DNA of 64,000 nt, taken from assembly GCA_965206595.1 (NCBI GenBank), contig OZ242214.1:4064001-4128000 (forward strand), read 5' to 3'. The first letter of the stretch is position 1; each line of letters opens with the position of its first letter. Shown piece after piece: positions 12,553 to 22,940 of this stretch. Made by a program: the position numbers and the translations under genes. This DNA is from Candidatus Latescibacterota bacterium (lineage in GTDB: Bacteria > Latescibacterota > UBA2968 > UBA8231). The notes under the pieces were generated by a model. That model saw nothing but the letters and a program-made list of their open reading frames with translations. It was not told the origin of the DNA and did not search any database.

Positions 12553-13737
12553 TCAACCGCCTGTAAGGCGCTGTACTCTGCCTGTATCGGAGGCGCGATA
12601 CAGGGCGTGTTGAATTTCCAGGAAGCGCAGACCGTCCTCGTTGGAGTTGGGCGGATCACACTCTCCACGGATGGCATCGAGGAAGGCTTGAAAGAAAGGG
12701 TCCTCACCTTCGGGTTCCACTACGTGGCTGAGATTGGTCTCCCAGCGTTTTATGATGTGCTGGTCCGAGGGTTCGCCCAAATGCCCGGTACCACCCTTGA
12801 GGTCGGCTTGAAGGTCGAGTGTGAAGTGCCCGCTGTCAGAATTTGCGGAAATGCAGCCCTTTTCACCCCACAACCTGAAGCCACGTGACTGCGCGGAGCT
12901 CGGGTCTTTGGGCAAGAGTGCCGGCTTGACCGAGTCGCTCAGAATCAGAGTACCTGTGGGGCTGATGGACAGGACCTCCGTTTCTACAGGCTGGTAAGGA
13001 GTCGGCCCCCAGTAGCCGCTATGTAGAACACCCACAGCGCCACCAGCAAAACGGACGCACAACACTATGGTGTCCTCCACCTCCAGTGGCTCCCCGCACA
13101 CGACATCTGCAAAGCCCGTCACTTCCACGAGCTCCTCCCCGAGTATGCGGCGCATGGAATGAAGGTAATGGCATGCAAGATGGCCCAGGATTCCTCCACC
13201 TGCCTGCGCCTTGGAAAACACCCAACCTAAATCATGGCGTCGTCGCCACCTCTGGTGGTCCATGCTCAGATAGTTTATGCCGTAGATGCGGCCCAGTGTG
13301 CCTTCTGACACAATCCTGGCCGCCTCACGTACCACGGGGGAGTCAGCAATAAGCGCCATGGTGAGGAGTAGCCCTCGAGCGTTCGCCAATTCTACTAGGG
13401 GTGCATAGGCGTCCGGGCAGGTGGCGCCGGGTTTCTCCACAAGTACATGGGCGCCAGCCTCCAGGGCTGCCCGAACGGCGTCCGGCATCCTGGAAGGAGC
13501 CATGGTCACCACGGCCATCTGGATTTTGTGCTCCTCGAGGAGTTCTGCCGGAGAGGAGTAGACACCGCCCAGTTTGTCTCCGACTGCCTGACTCACCAAG
13601 TCTGCATTCTTCCCCGATGGATCAGAGAGAAAGACCTTCTCGACACTGTCGCTGTGGCCGAGTCTGATCGCCCAGCCCGTGCGGTGCCACCCCAGCTCCT
13701 CCGTAAGAATTGCTGCGTGCATGCCTTTATTCCTCAT
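12553..13737 (-). CDS. Gfo/Idh/MocA-family oxidoreductase
   Basis: AALEAGAHVLVEKP, AGGGILGHLACHYL, EVEDT motifs. Confidence 0.88.
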   Translation of the reverse strand: MRNKGMHAAILTEELGWHRTGWAIRLGHSDSVEKVFLSDPSGKNADLVSQAVGDKLGGVYSSPAELLEEHKIQMAVVTMAPSRMPDAVRAALEAGAHVLVEKPGATCPDAYAPLVELANARGLLLTMALIADSPVVREAARIVSEGTLGRIYGINYLSMDHQRWRRRHDLGWVFSKAQAGGGILGHLACHYLHSMRRILGEELVEVTGFADVVCGEPLEVEDTIVLCVRFAGGAVGVLHSGYWGPTPYQPVETEVLSISPTGTLILSDSVKPALLPKDPSSAQSRGFRLWGEKGCISANSDSGHFTLDLQADLKGGTGHLGEPSDQHIIKRWETNLSHVVEPEGEDPFFQAFLDAIRGECDPPNSNEDGLRFLEIQHALYRASDTGRVQRLTGG

Positions 13738-13752
13738 CGCTCATATGGCTCG

Positions 13753-15030
13753 TCATCCGCCTCGCTGAACACCATGAGTCAGACGTCCCTTCCTGCTGTA
13801 GAAGGGATCGTCCTTGTCCAACGGAAGTGTGACCGGCCGGCGCTCCTCGGCCGACTTGTAGATGGCCCGCACCAGTTCCACGTGATGACGTGGTACCTCG
13901 ATGGGCACACGGGGTTCCGTATTGTCAATGATGCTTTCCAGGAACAGCCGGGTCTGGTATTCCTGAGTTATTTGCTCAGGGATGTGTCCTACATCCGCCC
14001 TCAGCGTCTCCAAGGCCTCCAAGGCAGCGGGATTATCTACCGAGGCGAAGGATGTATTGGCCTGGGTAAGATCGGGAGGAGCGTTCTCTTCTGGTAATAT
14101 CAAGAGGGAAGCGTCCTGACCTGATATCTCGATGCGGCTTCGATGGCCGCGGGGTTGGCGGTGGGTAATCAGAGAGGCGTGTATGCTGCCTGTAGCACCA
14201 TTGGCAAAGCGGACCACTGCGTGGCTGAGGCTATCGTGTTCAACTCGGCGCAACACAGGTCCGGAGTAGGCAAAGACCTCCACAACCCGGGACCCCACCA
14301 CCCACAAAAACGGGTCTATGATGTACCTGCCCTGATGGAACACGGCACCCCCTCCTTCACCTTCCCAACTGCCTTGCCAGTGACCGGAAGGAGAGTCCGG
14401 GTCGAAATAGCTCTGCGGGCGATAGTTGTTCATCTCAACTCTGGCGCTGCCCATCTCACCCAGTTTGCCGCTCTCCACCGCACTCCGTGCCAGGGCCATC
14501 GCCCGGGTGTAGCGGGGGAAGCACTGCGAAAGGTACTTGACCCCTGCCTTGCTTACCGCGCCAACTATGGCATCTGCCTCCTCGACGCTGGGGGCCATGG
14601 GCCCTTCGCTGAAGACATGCCGGCCTGATTCCGCGGCTGCCACCACGGGCTCCGCCCTGACAGGAGGCGGCGTCTGAACAACCGCCACCTGCACCTCGTC
14701 GTCGTTCAACAGCTCCTCATGGGTGCGGTATTTTCTTATCAACACATTGGAAGCGGTCTCGGCGGCCTCCGCTTTCCTCAGGTGAGTCTCACGGTTGGCC
14801 TTGCGTTCCTGTGGACTCCAGCCCTTGTCAGCCAGGACCCGTTCGCGGGAGGCTTCCTCCAAATAGGCATTGGTCAACATTCGGCGCCGCTCCTCGGCCA
14901 GCTCACCCACCGGGTCCGCCACCGCCACCACTTGAGCGATATCTGCCAGGCCTGCATACATCTGCACGTAGAGTTCCCGTGAGATACCGCCACAGCCTAT
15001 GAATCCGACTTTCAGTGGCGTATCAACCAC
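13753..15030 (-). CDS. Gfo/Idh/MocA-family oxidoreductase
   Basis: KVGFIGCGGIS Rossmann motif, GRHVFSEGPMA (EKP variant), EGGGAVFHQG. Confidence 0.9.
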   Translation of the reverse strand: MVDTPLKVGFIGCGGISRELYVQMYAGLADIAQVVAVADPVGELAEERRRMLTNAYLEEASRERVLADKGWSPQERKANRETHLRKAEAAETASNVLIRKYRTHEELLNDDEVQVAVVQTPPPVRAEPVVAAAESGRHVFSEGPMAPSVEEADAIVGAVSKAGVKYLSQCFPRYTRAMALARSAVESGKLGEMGSARVEMNNYRPQSYFDPDSPSGHWQGSWEGEGGGAVFHQGRYIIDPFLWVVGSRVVEVFAYSGPVLRRVEHDSLSHAVVRFANGATGSIHASLITHRQPRGHRSRIEISGQDASLLILPEENAPPDLTQANTSFASVDNPAALEALETLRADVGHIPEQITQEYQTRLFLESIIDNTEPRVPIEVPRHHVELVRAIYKSAEERRPVTLPLDKDDPFYSRKGRLTHGVQRGG

Positions 15031-15179
15031 GATTCACCTCTCTTTCATCTTGGCGGGGATTCTCCCGTTCAGCCACCAGTCACAGGAAACGCTCAGGACC
15101 GATAAGCGGCCTGAAGAGATCGTTAGTCTATGGGGCGTGGAGGGGTGGTGTCGAGAGGGGCGAGCAGCGGGATGGGGTG

Positions 15180-15270
15180 CTCGGATCAATGCACCGTCGG
15201 AGAATGATCTCGCCGCTTTTCATCGGGACGGATACGTGGCCTTCCCCGCGGTATTCAGCGATGACGGCCT
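15180..15270 (+). pseudogene. Possible N-terminal fragment of a PhyH-family dioxygenase
   Basis: PSENDLAAFHRDGYVAFPAVFSDDGL then stop/junction. Confidence 0.4.
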
Positions 15271-17273
15271 TAGTACGCCAGGGACACGAGCCGCTCGACG
15301 CTGAATTCGCCGTCATCGGTGTCGACCTGAAGACGGAGGATATAGATGCCGGGCGGCAGGAGGTCCCCGCGGCCGTCGCGGCCGTCCCACTCCGCCCGGT
15401 GGGGACCGCTGGCGAGGGGCTCGAGCCGCAGTTCGGCCACGGACGTTCCTGTCAGATCGTGGATCAGGATGCTTGCGGGAACCGCGGCGGAAAGGTTGAC
15501 GAGATCGAATTCCAGCCCCAGGAGATCGTTGATTCCGTCGGCGTTGGGAGTGAACACCGGGGAGGAGAGGTGAAGATCCTCGAGGGTTTTTGCGGCGACG
15601 TCGGAGAGCTCGACGCTGAGCGAGTTGTTGTCGATGCGGAAGTCTGCGTCTCCGGGGGCGAGCAGCTGGGGCACCTCCCAGGGTTTCTCGCTGTCGAAGA
15701 CGCGCCCGCGGAACTCGGTCCCGAAGCTGTAGATCCTGGCGTCGAAGAGGATCTCGACGAGGTCTTCGGTATTGCGGTCGTCCATGCGCGGAATCCGCAC
15801 CGTGAAGTCGTTGGCCCCGATCTCCTGCTCCCATTCCGTTGCCTTGAGCTGCCGGCCTTCGACCGCCACCGAAACGACGCTGTCGACCAGGGCCTGGGTT
15901 TCGATGCGGATGCTGTCGAATCCCAGGTCTCCCACCGAGACCTCCGTGGAGAACACAAAGGTGAAACGGGACGTTTCCCGGGCAGGCACGACTCCGGGGC
16001 CGATTTCGGCGACGCCACCGGAAACTATGGGGGGTTGAGACACCGAGAACTCGAAGAAGTCGAGGCGGCCCCCAGACAGGAAATCGGCGATGAGCTGGGC
16101 ATAACGGCGAGGCCGCCACTGGGGAAGAATCTCCTCCCCGTTGGCGAACTCGAGGGCCGGGCTCCAGTGGGACCAGTTGTCGAGGTCGGGGGCGATTCCC
16201 GCCTGTTCCCCGGACTCCAGGGCGAAATACTCGGAGCGGCCAAGGGGCAGTCCCTCCGCGTTCAGCCGGCTACGCTCCCGGCCCCGGAAGGTGTTGCGGA
16301 AATAGAGGTTGGGATCCGTGGTGTCGCCGGCGCGCACCCTGATATCCACCGTCGCACCGGGGTGAAGCACCCCGGACCAGGTCACCGGACCGAGGGTTCC
16401 CGGCTCGCCGAAGTCTATGAGGTTGGTGGTGTAGTTGGCGGCGTTGGCGAAACCCTCGAAGAGCAGCTCGAACTCGGCGATCTCCCAGTTTCCTATCGGG
16501 GCGATGAATACGACCTCCTTCACCGGTTCGTCGTCGAAATCGAACTCGAGCAGGGGTTCGTTGTTCTCCGCCACCTCGGACACCAGGTCGAAAGAACCCA
16601 CTATGGAAACCCCGGAATAGGATAAGGCCTCGGCGCGATTGCCAAAGGTCCGGTCCTGCTTGCCGAACTTGAGCGGGTCGCCGTCGCTGATTCCGAGAGT
16701 GTAGGTGGGTATGAAACGGTTTTCCTCGTTTCCGGGAATCGGGTAAATCCGGATCCGCTGCAGCGGGTAGGCACCGGGAAGAACCACGTGGATGTATTTG
16801 CAGTAGTTGGGCCGCTTGACGCAGAAGGGGGAGCCGGCCGCCTTGAGGCTGACCTCCGCTTCCCACGGCGGAACCCCGCCGTTGTAGGCCGTCTCGGGAT
16901 CCCCGTCGAGCAGCTTGATCAAAGCGTCGTCGGTTCCCCATCCTTCCCGGCCGGGGCGCCGGACCTGGATGAGGCCGCCCCGGCCGACTATCTCCGGGGT
17001 GAGGTTGGCGAGCGTCACCTGATCCGCGCGAACGGAGTCGGGGTGGATAATTACGAGATGGGCGCTGCCGAAGGGGGCGTCGTGAGTTTCGCTCCAGGGC
17101 AGCTGCACGAACCGGATCGACCCGGGCGGGGCGCCGAGACTGTCCGCATCGGGGGGCGGCAGGCTCTCCCCGCCGAGGCGGTAGATCGTCAGTCCCGCGA
17201 TCGGGACCGGGACGCCAATGCCGGCCACCAACGCGCAGGCGAGGAAGCAAAGTCGCGGGAATCGGTTGCTCAC
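15270..17273 (-). CDS. Secreted protein with C-terminal FlgD-Ig-like domain
   Basis: Signal peptide; C-terminal FTPNADGINDLL...AEWDGRDGRGDLLPPGIYILRL; 667 aa. Confidence 0.85.
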   Translation of the reverse strand: MSNRFPRLCFLACALVAGIGVPVPIAGLTIYRLGGESLPPPDADSLGAPPGSIRFVQLPWSETHDAPFGSAHLVIIHPDSVRADQVTLANLTPEIVGRGGLIQVRRPGREGWGTDDALIKLLDGDPETAYNGGVPPWEAEVSLKAAGSPFCVKRPNYCKYIHVVLPGAYPLQRIRIYPIPGNEENRFIPTYTLGISDGDPLKFGKQDRTFGNRAEALSYSGVSIVGSFDLVSEVAENNEPLLEFDFDDEPVKEVVFIAPIGNWEIAEFELLFEGFANAANYTTNLIDFGEPGTLGPVTWSGVLHPGATVDIRVRAGDTTDPNLYFRNTFRGRERSRLNAEGLPLGRSEYFALESGEQAGIAPDLDNWSHWSPALEFANGEEILPQWRPRRYAQLIADFLSGGRLDFFEFSVSQPPIVSGGVAEIGPGVVPARETSRFTFVFSTEVSVGDLGFDSIRIETQALVDSVVSVAVEGRQLKATEWEQEIGANDFTVRIPRMDDRNTEDLVEILFDARIYSFGTEFRGRVFDSEKPWEVPQLLAPGDADFRIDNNSLSVELSDVAAKTLEDLHLSSPVFTPNADGINDLLGLEFDLVNLSAAVPASILIHDLTGTSVAELRLEPLASGPHRAEWDGRDGRGDLLPPGIYILRLQVDTDDGEFSVERLVSLAY

Positions 17274-17614
17274 GGGAAAACCCTCCTAACCGCCGCCTGC
17301 AAACAAAGCGCCGCCAGGAATGTCCGAGGATGCACCGGCAGTAACCTGCAGGTTTTGACGGAGCGCAGCTTCCGGCGCGCGCCTTGTTTCGGCCCTCTCA
17401 TGCGGGGGACTCGCGGTTTGCCGGGGAAAGGGCCATGGTCGATTGCTGCCGATGGTTGATCGCGGCCGGGGAGTCACGGGATCCTTCAGCCTTCGTCCAA
17501 AGCTGATCTCGCCCTTGGTGGCGTTGCGGAAGTACTTCTCTCTCCGGAGGAGGGCGATTCGAGCGCTGCGCCCTGCTCCCACCGGCTGCGGTAGGCGACC
17601 CTGCTGGGCCAAAG

Positions 17615-17814
17615 CTAGCGCCGGTTGTCTCCTGATGAGGTAGATGCAGGTGTCGGTGTCGAGCAGAAAATCGATCACAGAGCCGCTCTCTGCTGCTGAT
17701 CGGGCTGATTTCTCTCGTCCGTGAAATCACTGGAAAAGCGGTCCAGACTGTCGACGAGCGAGGTCCAGGGGGATTCCTTGGGCAAGAGCATGACGATGCC
17801 CTGGTATTTCTTGA
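17615..17814 (-). pseudogene. VapBC remnants (vapB C-terminus, vapC PIN N-terminus)
   Basis: ...IVMLLPKESPWTSLVDSLDRFSSDFTDERNQP..QQRERL* overlapping MIDFLLDTDTCIYLIRRQP; vapB cut by IS701. Confidence 0.75.
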
Positions 17815-19210
17815 CTGGACTTTTGCAAACTCTGCTTTTTTACACAAGTTTCAGGTGTGCGACGATTCTCTCCTGCGTCCACCCTACTGTTATGGCCTGT
17901 TCGACCGCCCAGGTGATGGTTTTACTGAGCGTTTCTCGCGACACGGCTCGACAGGCTTCGCCAATGGTCGTCAGCACGGTGTGAGCCCAGTCACGCGCAC
18001 GGCCCTGCCGCATCCGTGCCATGAGCAGACTGTGCGTCAGCATCACGAGGTACCTATGCCGGGTCTGGCCCTCGCCGCTTTTGTAACTGACCGTCTCCCA
18101 TGCCCAGATGGTGCTTGCCGTCCCGATGAAAAGTCTCGGTGCCCGTCCAGCGTTTGCGATAAACATTCAGAATACGACTGATCTCCCAGTGCACGCGATG
18201 GGTCAGTAGAAACTTGACCGCTTCCCTGCCGTTCTTGCGATCCCACAGGATCACCAGGCGAACCCGGTGCTCGAGCTTGGGCAGACTCAGGGTTTTGGTG
18301 AAATACCTTGGTGAAATACCATTGTTTGCGCTTGCCGATGCTGACCTGTTTGCGATCCTCGGGTGGGATATTCGCAGCCACTTCCGTGGCCTTCATCAGG
18401 CCGCCCTTGAACTCGACCTTGCGGTTGCTCTTCAGGGCCCCTACGTAGCCGCGCTCATGACTATGGATGTGATCGAGACACTCGACACTGCTGAAGTAGC
18501 AGTCGAAGGCGAAATCGCCCGGGATCTGGCGGAAAACGACCCCGTCCACCAGCTCTTTGAACAGCTCGGTATGGCTCTTGAAGGAGGTGTCCGTCTCCCC
18601 TTCCTGGCGCTTGCGAAAGCGACGGAATTCCAACGGATAGTATTTCCCCGAGGTGCACACGTAATTGGCGATGACGTAGTCGTGGGCAATCCTATAGCGC
18701 TGGTCGGAGTGATCCCAAAACCAACCCACGTCCTCGATCTTGTCTCCGCTGTGGCCGACCAAGGTGTTGTCGATGGCGATCACCCCGCGCCCCGAATAGC
18801 GCGTCGAGGGGTGCTCCTGCAACCATTCCAGGCGGTGTTCGTTGAGCCATTTCCCGTCCCATCGCACCTGCGTAATCCAGCGGTTCAGGCAGGACTGATC
18901 GGTGGTCTCGACGAACTCGGCGTTGATCGCCGATACATGTTTGCGTTCGGCCACCATCAACCCGGTCAGATACTCCGCAAAGTGACGGCGCTCCGGGGCG
19001 TTGGCGAAGAGGCCGCCGAACTCTGCCACCGCGTCTTCAACCACCGTGGGAAAATCAACAATACCTGGCATGAACAACCTCTCACATGGCCAGGGGAAAC
19101 GAAGGCGGGGGATGCCTTCGTTCTACCAAACATACCAAGTTCCATCGAGTTCGCGCTACCCTCTATCCTTGACCGATTATCCAGGAATTCGGCCTTTTGC
19201 AAAAGTCCAG
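17815..19210 (-). mobile_element. IS701-family IS with frameshifted transposase (17840-19071)
   Basis: IR CTGGACTTTTGCAAA at both ends; GVIAIDNTLVGHSG, FAFDCYF, YRKRWTGTETFHRDGK. Confidence 0.88.
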
Positions 19211-19855
19211 ATGCCCCTTACGATACTGGATTTCATCCACGCCGAGGGCCGTGACCTGGTCGAGGCGGCGATGAGCGAGCCCATAGTCCACGACATACTG
19301 GACGGAGTGGTAGACCTTGTCCCAACGGGTCCGGAAGGAGCGCGCCACCTCGATCCACGACAGCTTTTTGGCCCACTGTGCCAGGAAGCAGCGGTAGAGG
19401 TCGGTCAGGTGGTGCTTGCCCGTGCTCCAGGGGACCTTCTCGACGACCACCCGGCCGCAGGCTTTGCAGGCAACCCGGCGCATGCGATACACCAGAAAGA
19501 CCGGAAACCCCCAGAGGGGAACAAACTCGAACAGCCGGGCCTCGGTGGCCGTGTCATAGGTGGGGGCCAAGTGACCGCAGCCGCTGCACGCGCCCCGGGA
19601 GTTTTTCCGTGGCCTGATCCGCACCATCACCCTTCCGTGCCGGTCAAAATGACTGCCCTCAAACACAAACCGCTTGAACGTCGTGCACCGGTTTAGTACC
19701 GTGATCAGGCGCATCATTCCCTCCACAGGAAGTTGGGATCGGTCTTGGTGGGCTGTCCCAACATACCCGGGGATGATGCGCCTGTGCTACCTTGCCCTCC
19801 TCTATGCCCATCGCCGCAGCGCCCCCTCCTCACCCACAGATTCTCCAGAGGAGCC
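19211..19855 (-). mobile_element. ISL3-family left end and transposase N-terminus, truncated by IS701
   Basis: End GGCTCCTCTGG; zinc finger CSGCG...RRVACKAC, VEKVPW, LGVDEI. Confidence 0.88.
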
Positions 19856-20003
19856 ATATTTTGGAGAGCAAGAGGTTTTAATGCGCAGCCCCGGGTGCTT
19901 CACTCCAGGAACCCTCCTGGTCTCCGCGAAAATGGACATATGAGCCGGTTTTTCCGGAACATGAGAGGAACCGAAGCTCTTCGGGATAAAGCCGCTGGTT
20001 TTT

Positions 20004-20652
20004 CGTGGTCGGATGGCACCCGTCATCTCCTGCTCTCTCCGATGGACCTGCTGGAGAAGCTGGCGGCTCTGGTCCCCCCGCCCCGGTTCCATCTGCTGCG
20101 CTACCACGGGGTCCTGGCCTCCCAGGCCCGGGACCGCGGCCGCATCGTGCCGGCCAAACCGGTTGAGGCATCTGCGGCGGCGACGCGCGAGTCGAGCGCT
20201 CCGTCCTGCGCCCATCGCCTGGGCTGGGCGGCCCTGCTGGCCCGCGTGTTTCTGCCGACCTCAGCGAATGCGCAGCCTGTGGCGGGCGCCTGAAAATCAT
20301 CGCCGCTTTGACCGATCCCGCCCTCGATCCGGACCTATCTGCAGGGAGTAGGGCTGCCGGCGTGGGTCCCGCCGAGAGCCCCGCCTCAGCCGCTGTTGGA
20401 TTTCGCCGCCTGACCTCCTTCGCGATGGGCTCCCGGCACCGGTGAGCCCATCGCGAAGGAGTGCGCCCTCAAGTACCAGATCGACAAGTACCGATCGACC
20501 CCTGAAACGGGCCGAAATCAAATTTACAACGGTACTCTGAGCCTTCTCAAACGATTCTGGACGACGACAAGCGATTCATCAGGGCCCCTGATGGACGCTT
20601 GCGCACGTTCTCAGCCGGCATAGTATCGATAGGTGCCTGATTTTTCCTATAC
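20004..20652 (+). mobile_element. IS91/ISCR 3' fragment with type-B tail and oriIS-like end (copy 5)
   Basis: WSDGTRHLLLSPMDLLEKLAALVPPPRFHLLRYHGVLA; ends GTGCCTGATTTTTCCTATAC. Confidence 0.9.
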
Positions 20653-20723
20653 TCTTGATGTATTTTTTTCTGACGCAGTAGTCCCTATTTTTTCGACCGC
20701 AGGCTCAAGTGGAGGAGCGCCTT

Positions 20724-21791
20724 ATGAAGTTCGGACAATTTTACCTACTCGAGACTCCGCCGTGGAAAGACCATGTCGAAACCTACCACGAGGCCTTCGC
20801 GCAATTTCGGCTCTTGGACGAAACCGGCTGGGATTCCCTCTGGCTTGCCGAGCACCATTTTGATCACCGCGTTGCGGATGCCAATTACTACTCCATCACC
20901 TCCTCCATCCACACCGTGGCGGCCTACGCAGCGGCCATTACCGAGCGGATCAAGATCGGCACAGCCGTGGTGGTGCTGCCTTTCCACGACCCGGTGATCG
21001 TCGCCGAGGATTTTGCCACCGTCGATATCATGTCGAAAGGCCGGCTGCTCTTTGGTGTAGGCCGGGGGTATCAGTTCGAGGAGTTTTACAACTGGGGGAT
21101 TGACCCGGAAGAAAGCCGCGAGCGCTTCAAAGAGTCGCTGGAGATCATCTTGCAGGCCTGGTCCGGACCATTTGAGTACCAGGGTAAGTTCCACCAGGTC
21201 CGCAAGGTCAACGTCATCCCCAAGCCGGTGCAGGAGCCGCATCCTCCCATCTACGTGGCAGCGGTCAGCCCATCCACCTATGAATGGGTGATTCAAAACG
21301 GCTACGACGTGCTCACCTCCTTTCTGGACCCTTATGAACAGGTGTTCGAGCTGTACAAGGCCTACCACAAGACGGCCGCGGAGGCCGGACTCGACGGGCA
21401 ATTGGATCTCCCGCTGGCGCGATTCCTCTACGTATCCGAGACGACCGGGAAGGCCAGAGAAGAAGCTCGCGCAAGTTTGATGTGGTATTTTCAGACCCTG
21501 CTGGCGGAAGTGATCGCCCCGCCGCCGGAGATCGCCCCGCCGGATCCGGACAACATCTATCAGACCCTGAAGCGCAGATTTGCATCCATATCATTCGAGG
21601 AGATCTTGGAAAACCACGCCATTGTCGGCGACCCCGATTACGTGATCGCTCAACTCAAGTGGATCCAGGAAAATACAGGGTCAAAACACTTTATGGGCTG
21701 GACGCGGATCGGAGGCCTGGATCACGAGCTGGTGTGCAAATCACTGAAGATGTTCGCGCAACACGTCATGCCCGAATTCAAGGAAGACTGA
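20724..21791 (+). CDS. LLM-class (luciferase-like) flavin-dependent oxidoreductase
   Basis: WLAEHHF, IKIGTAVVVLPFHDPVIVAEDFATVD, GRLLFGVGRGYQ, PKPVQEPHPPI; GGAGG RBS. Confidence 0.93.
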   Translation: MKFGQFYLLETPPWKDHVETYHEAFAQFRLLDETGWDSLWLAEHHFDHRVADANYYSITSSIHTVAAYAAAITERIKIGTAVVVLPFHDPVIVAEDFATVDIMSKGRLLFGVGRGYQFEEFYNWGIDPEESRERFKESLEIILQAWSGPFEYQGKFHQVRKVNVIPKPVQEPHPPIYVAAVSPSTYEWVIQNGYDVLTSFLDPYEQVFELYKAYHKTAAEAGLDGQLDLPLARFLYVSETTGKAREEARASLMWYFQTLLAEVIAPPPEIAPPDPDNIYQTLKRRFASISFEEILENHAIVGDPDYVIAQLKWIQENTGSKHFMGWTRIGGLDHELVCKSLKMFAQHVMPEFKED

Positions 21792-21816
21792 GCGCTGTGC
21801 GGAAAGCCTCTATGAG

Positions 21817-22161
21817 TTATTCGGGTTGATCCCGCCAGGCCGGTTGGGTGAAGTGCAACAGGTAGGCGTGTTCGGGCACGACGATCGTGGTCTGGGTGCC
21901 CTTCTCGATGTAACCCAGGTCGCCGACCTCGAATGCGACCGGGGCCTGGCCAGCGGCGTGGACCTCGAGGGCGCCTTCCAGCATGAAAAAGACTTCGTCG
22001 TAGGTGAAGGTCCACTCCAGTCTGCTGGGTTCGATGTACTCGGTAAAACCGGCCGCGAAATTGTTCTCCTTCCCGATGATGGGATCGGATACCTGCACGG
22101 TTGCCCCAGGGGCGTCCAGTAGATGCAAGCCCCTCTGGTGCGTCTTAGCTATTTGGACCAT
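21817..22161 (-). CDS. EutQ-like cupin protein
   Basis: AAGFTEY...LEWTFTYDEVFFMLEGAL...GDLGYIEKGT. Confidence 0.8.
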   Translation of the reverse strand: MVQIAKTHQRGLHLLDAPGATVQVSDPIIGKENNFAAGFTEYIEPSRLEWTFTYDEVFFMLEGALEVHAAGQAPVAFEVGDLGYIEKGTQTTIVVPEHAYLLHFTQPAWRDQPE

Positions 22162-22383
22162 GGTGTACCTCCTCTGGGAAACCAGAACCAGAAAACCGAT
22201 TCACAAGGAATGGCCAGTCGCGCCTATTCCAACGGGTATATCAACGCCTTGATTCAGGCGGTTTATCGGTGAAGGTCCGCAAGGCGCGGACCAAGCGCTC
22301 TGCCCTATTCAACGACCGCCTGGTCCTGGGGCTCGGAGCATGGAGATGTTTTCGTTGGGGGCCGCAATTCCAAACCTGCGCGA

Positions 22384-22722
22384 TTACGGTCTCCCCCCAT
22401 AGATCCGATTGGCTATGATCTTCCCGTCGCAAAGCTGGCAGATGTGCACTTCCACGCTTTCCAGATCCTTACCGACCCGCCATTCGACCGCCACCATATC
22501 GCCCTGGGCAATGATGTTCATGATCTCTCCTCGCAGTCCGGGTACCTCCTTGTAAAGGCAGCCCTGCCAGAGTTCCACGATCGCGTCGGGGCCGTGCACG
22601 GGTTCTGGCGTGCCCCTGATAACGGCGTCCTCGGCATAGAGATCGAGCAAACGGTCCCAGTCTTCGCGCAGTGGCGCCTCGATGGCCTCACGGGCAACCT
22701 GCGCGTTCTGTTCAAGAGACAT
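22384..22722 (-). CDS. SnoaL/NTF2-like protein
   Basis: DWDRLLDLYAEDAV...HGPDAI...IIAQGDMVAVEW...DGKI. Confidence 0.85.
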   Translation of the reverse strand: MSLEQNAQVAREAIEAPLREDWDRLLDLYAEDAVIRGTPEPVHGPDAIVELWQGCLYKEVPGLRGEIMNIIAQGDMVAVEWRVGKDLESVEVHICQLCDGKIIANRIYGGRP

Positions 22723-22940
22723 ATGCGTTTTCTTTCGTTGCCCGGCCCTCCCTGAAACCCGTTGGCTTCAGGTAGAACCGGCGCTCAAAAGGGGAGATCG
22801 CGGTAGTTCGACTCTGATGTGACCATTGCGACTACCCGGGAGATGGACAAAGCTACCAACCCATTCTGATTGGCTTGAGAGTTTAAACAAAGTCGCATGA
22901 TTCCACCGGATCGCGGCATTGCAGGATGCCAGAATGCATC

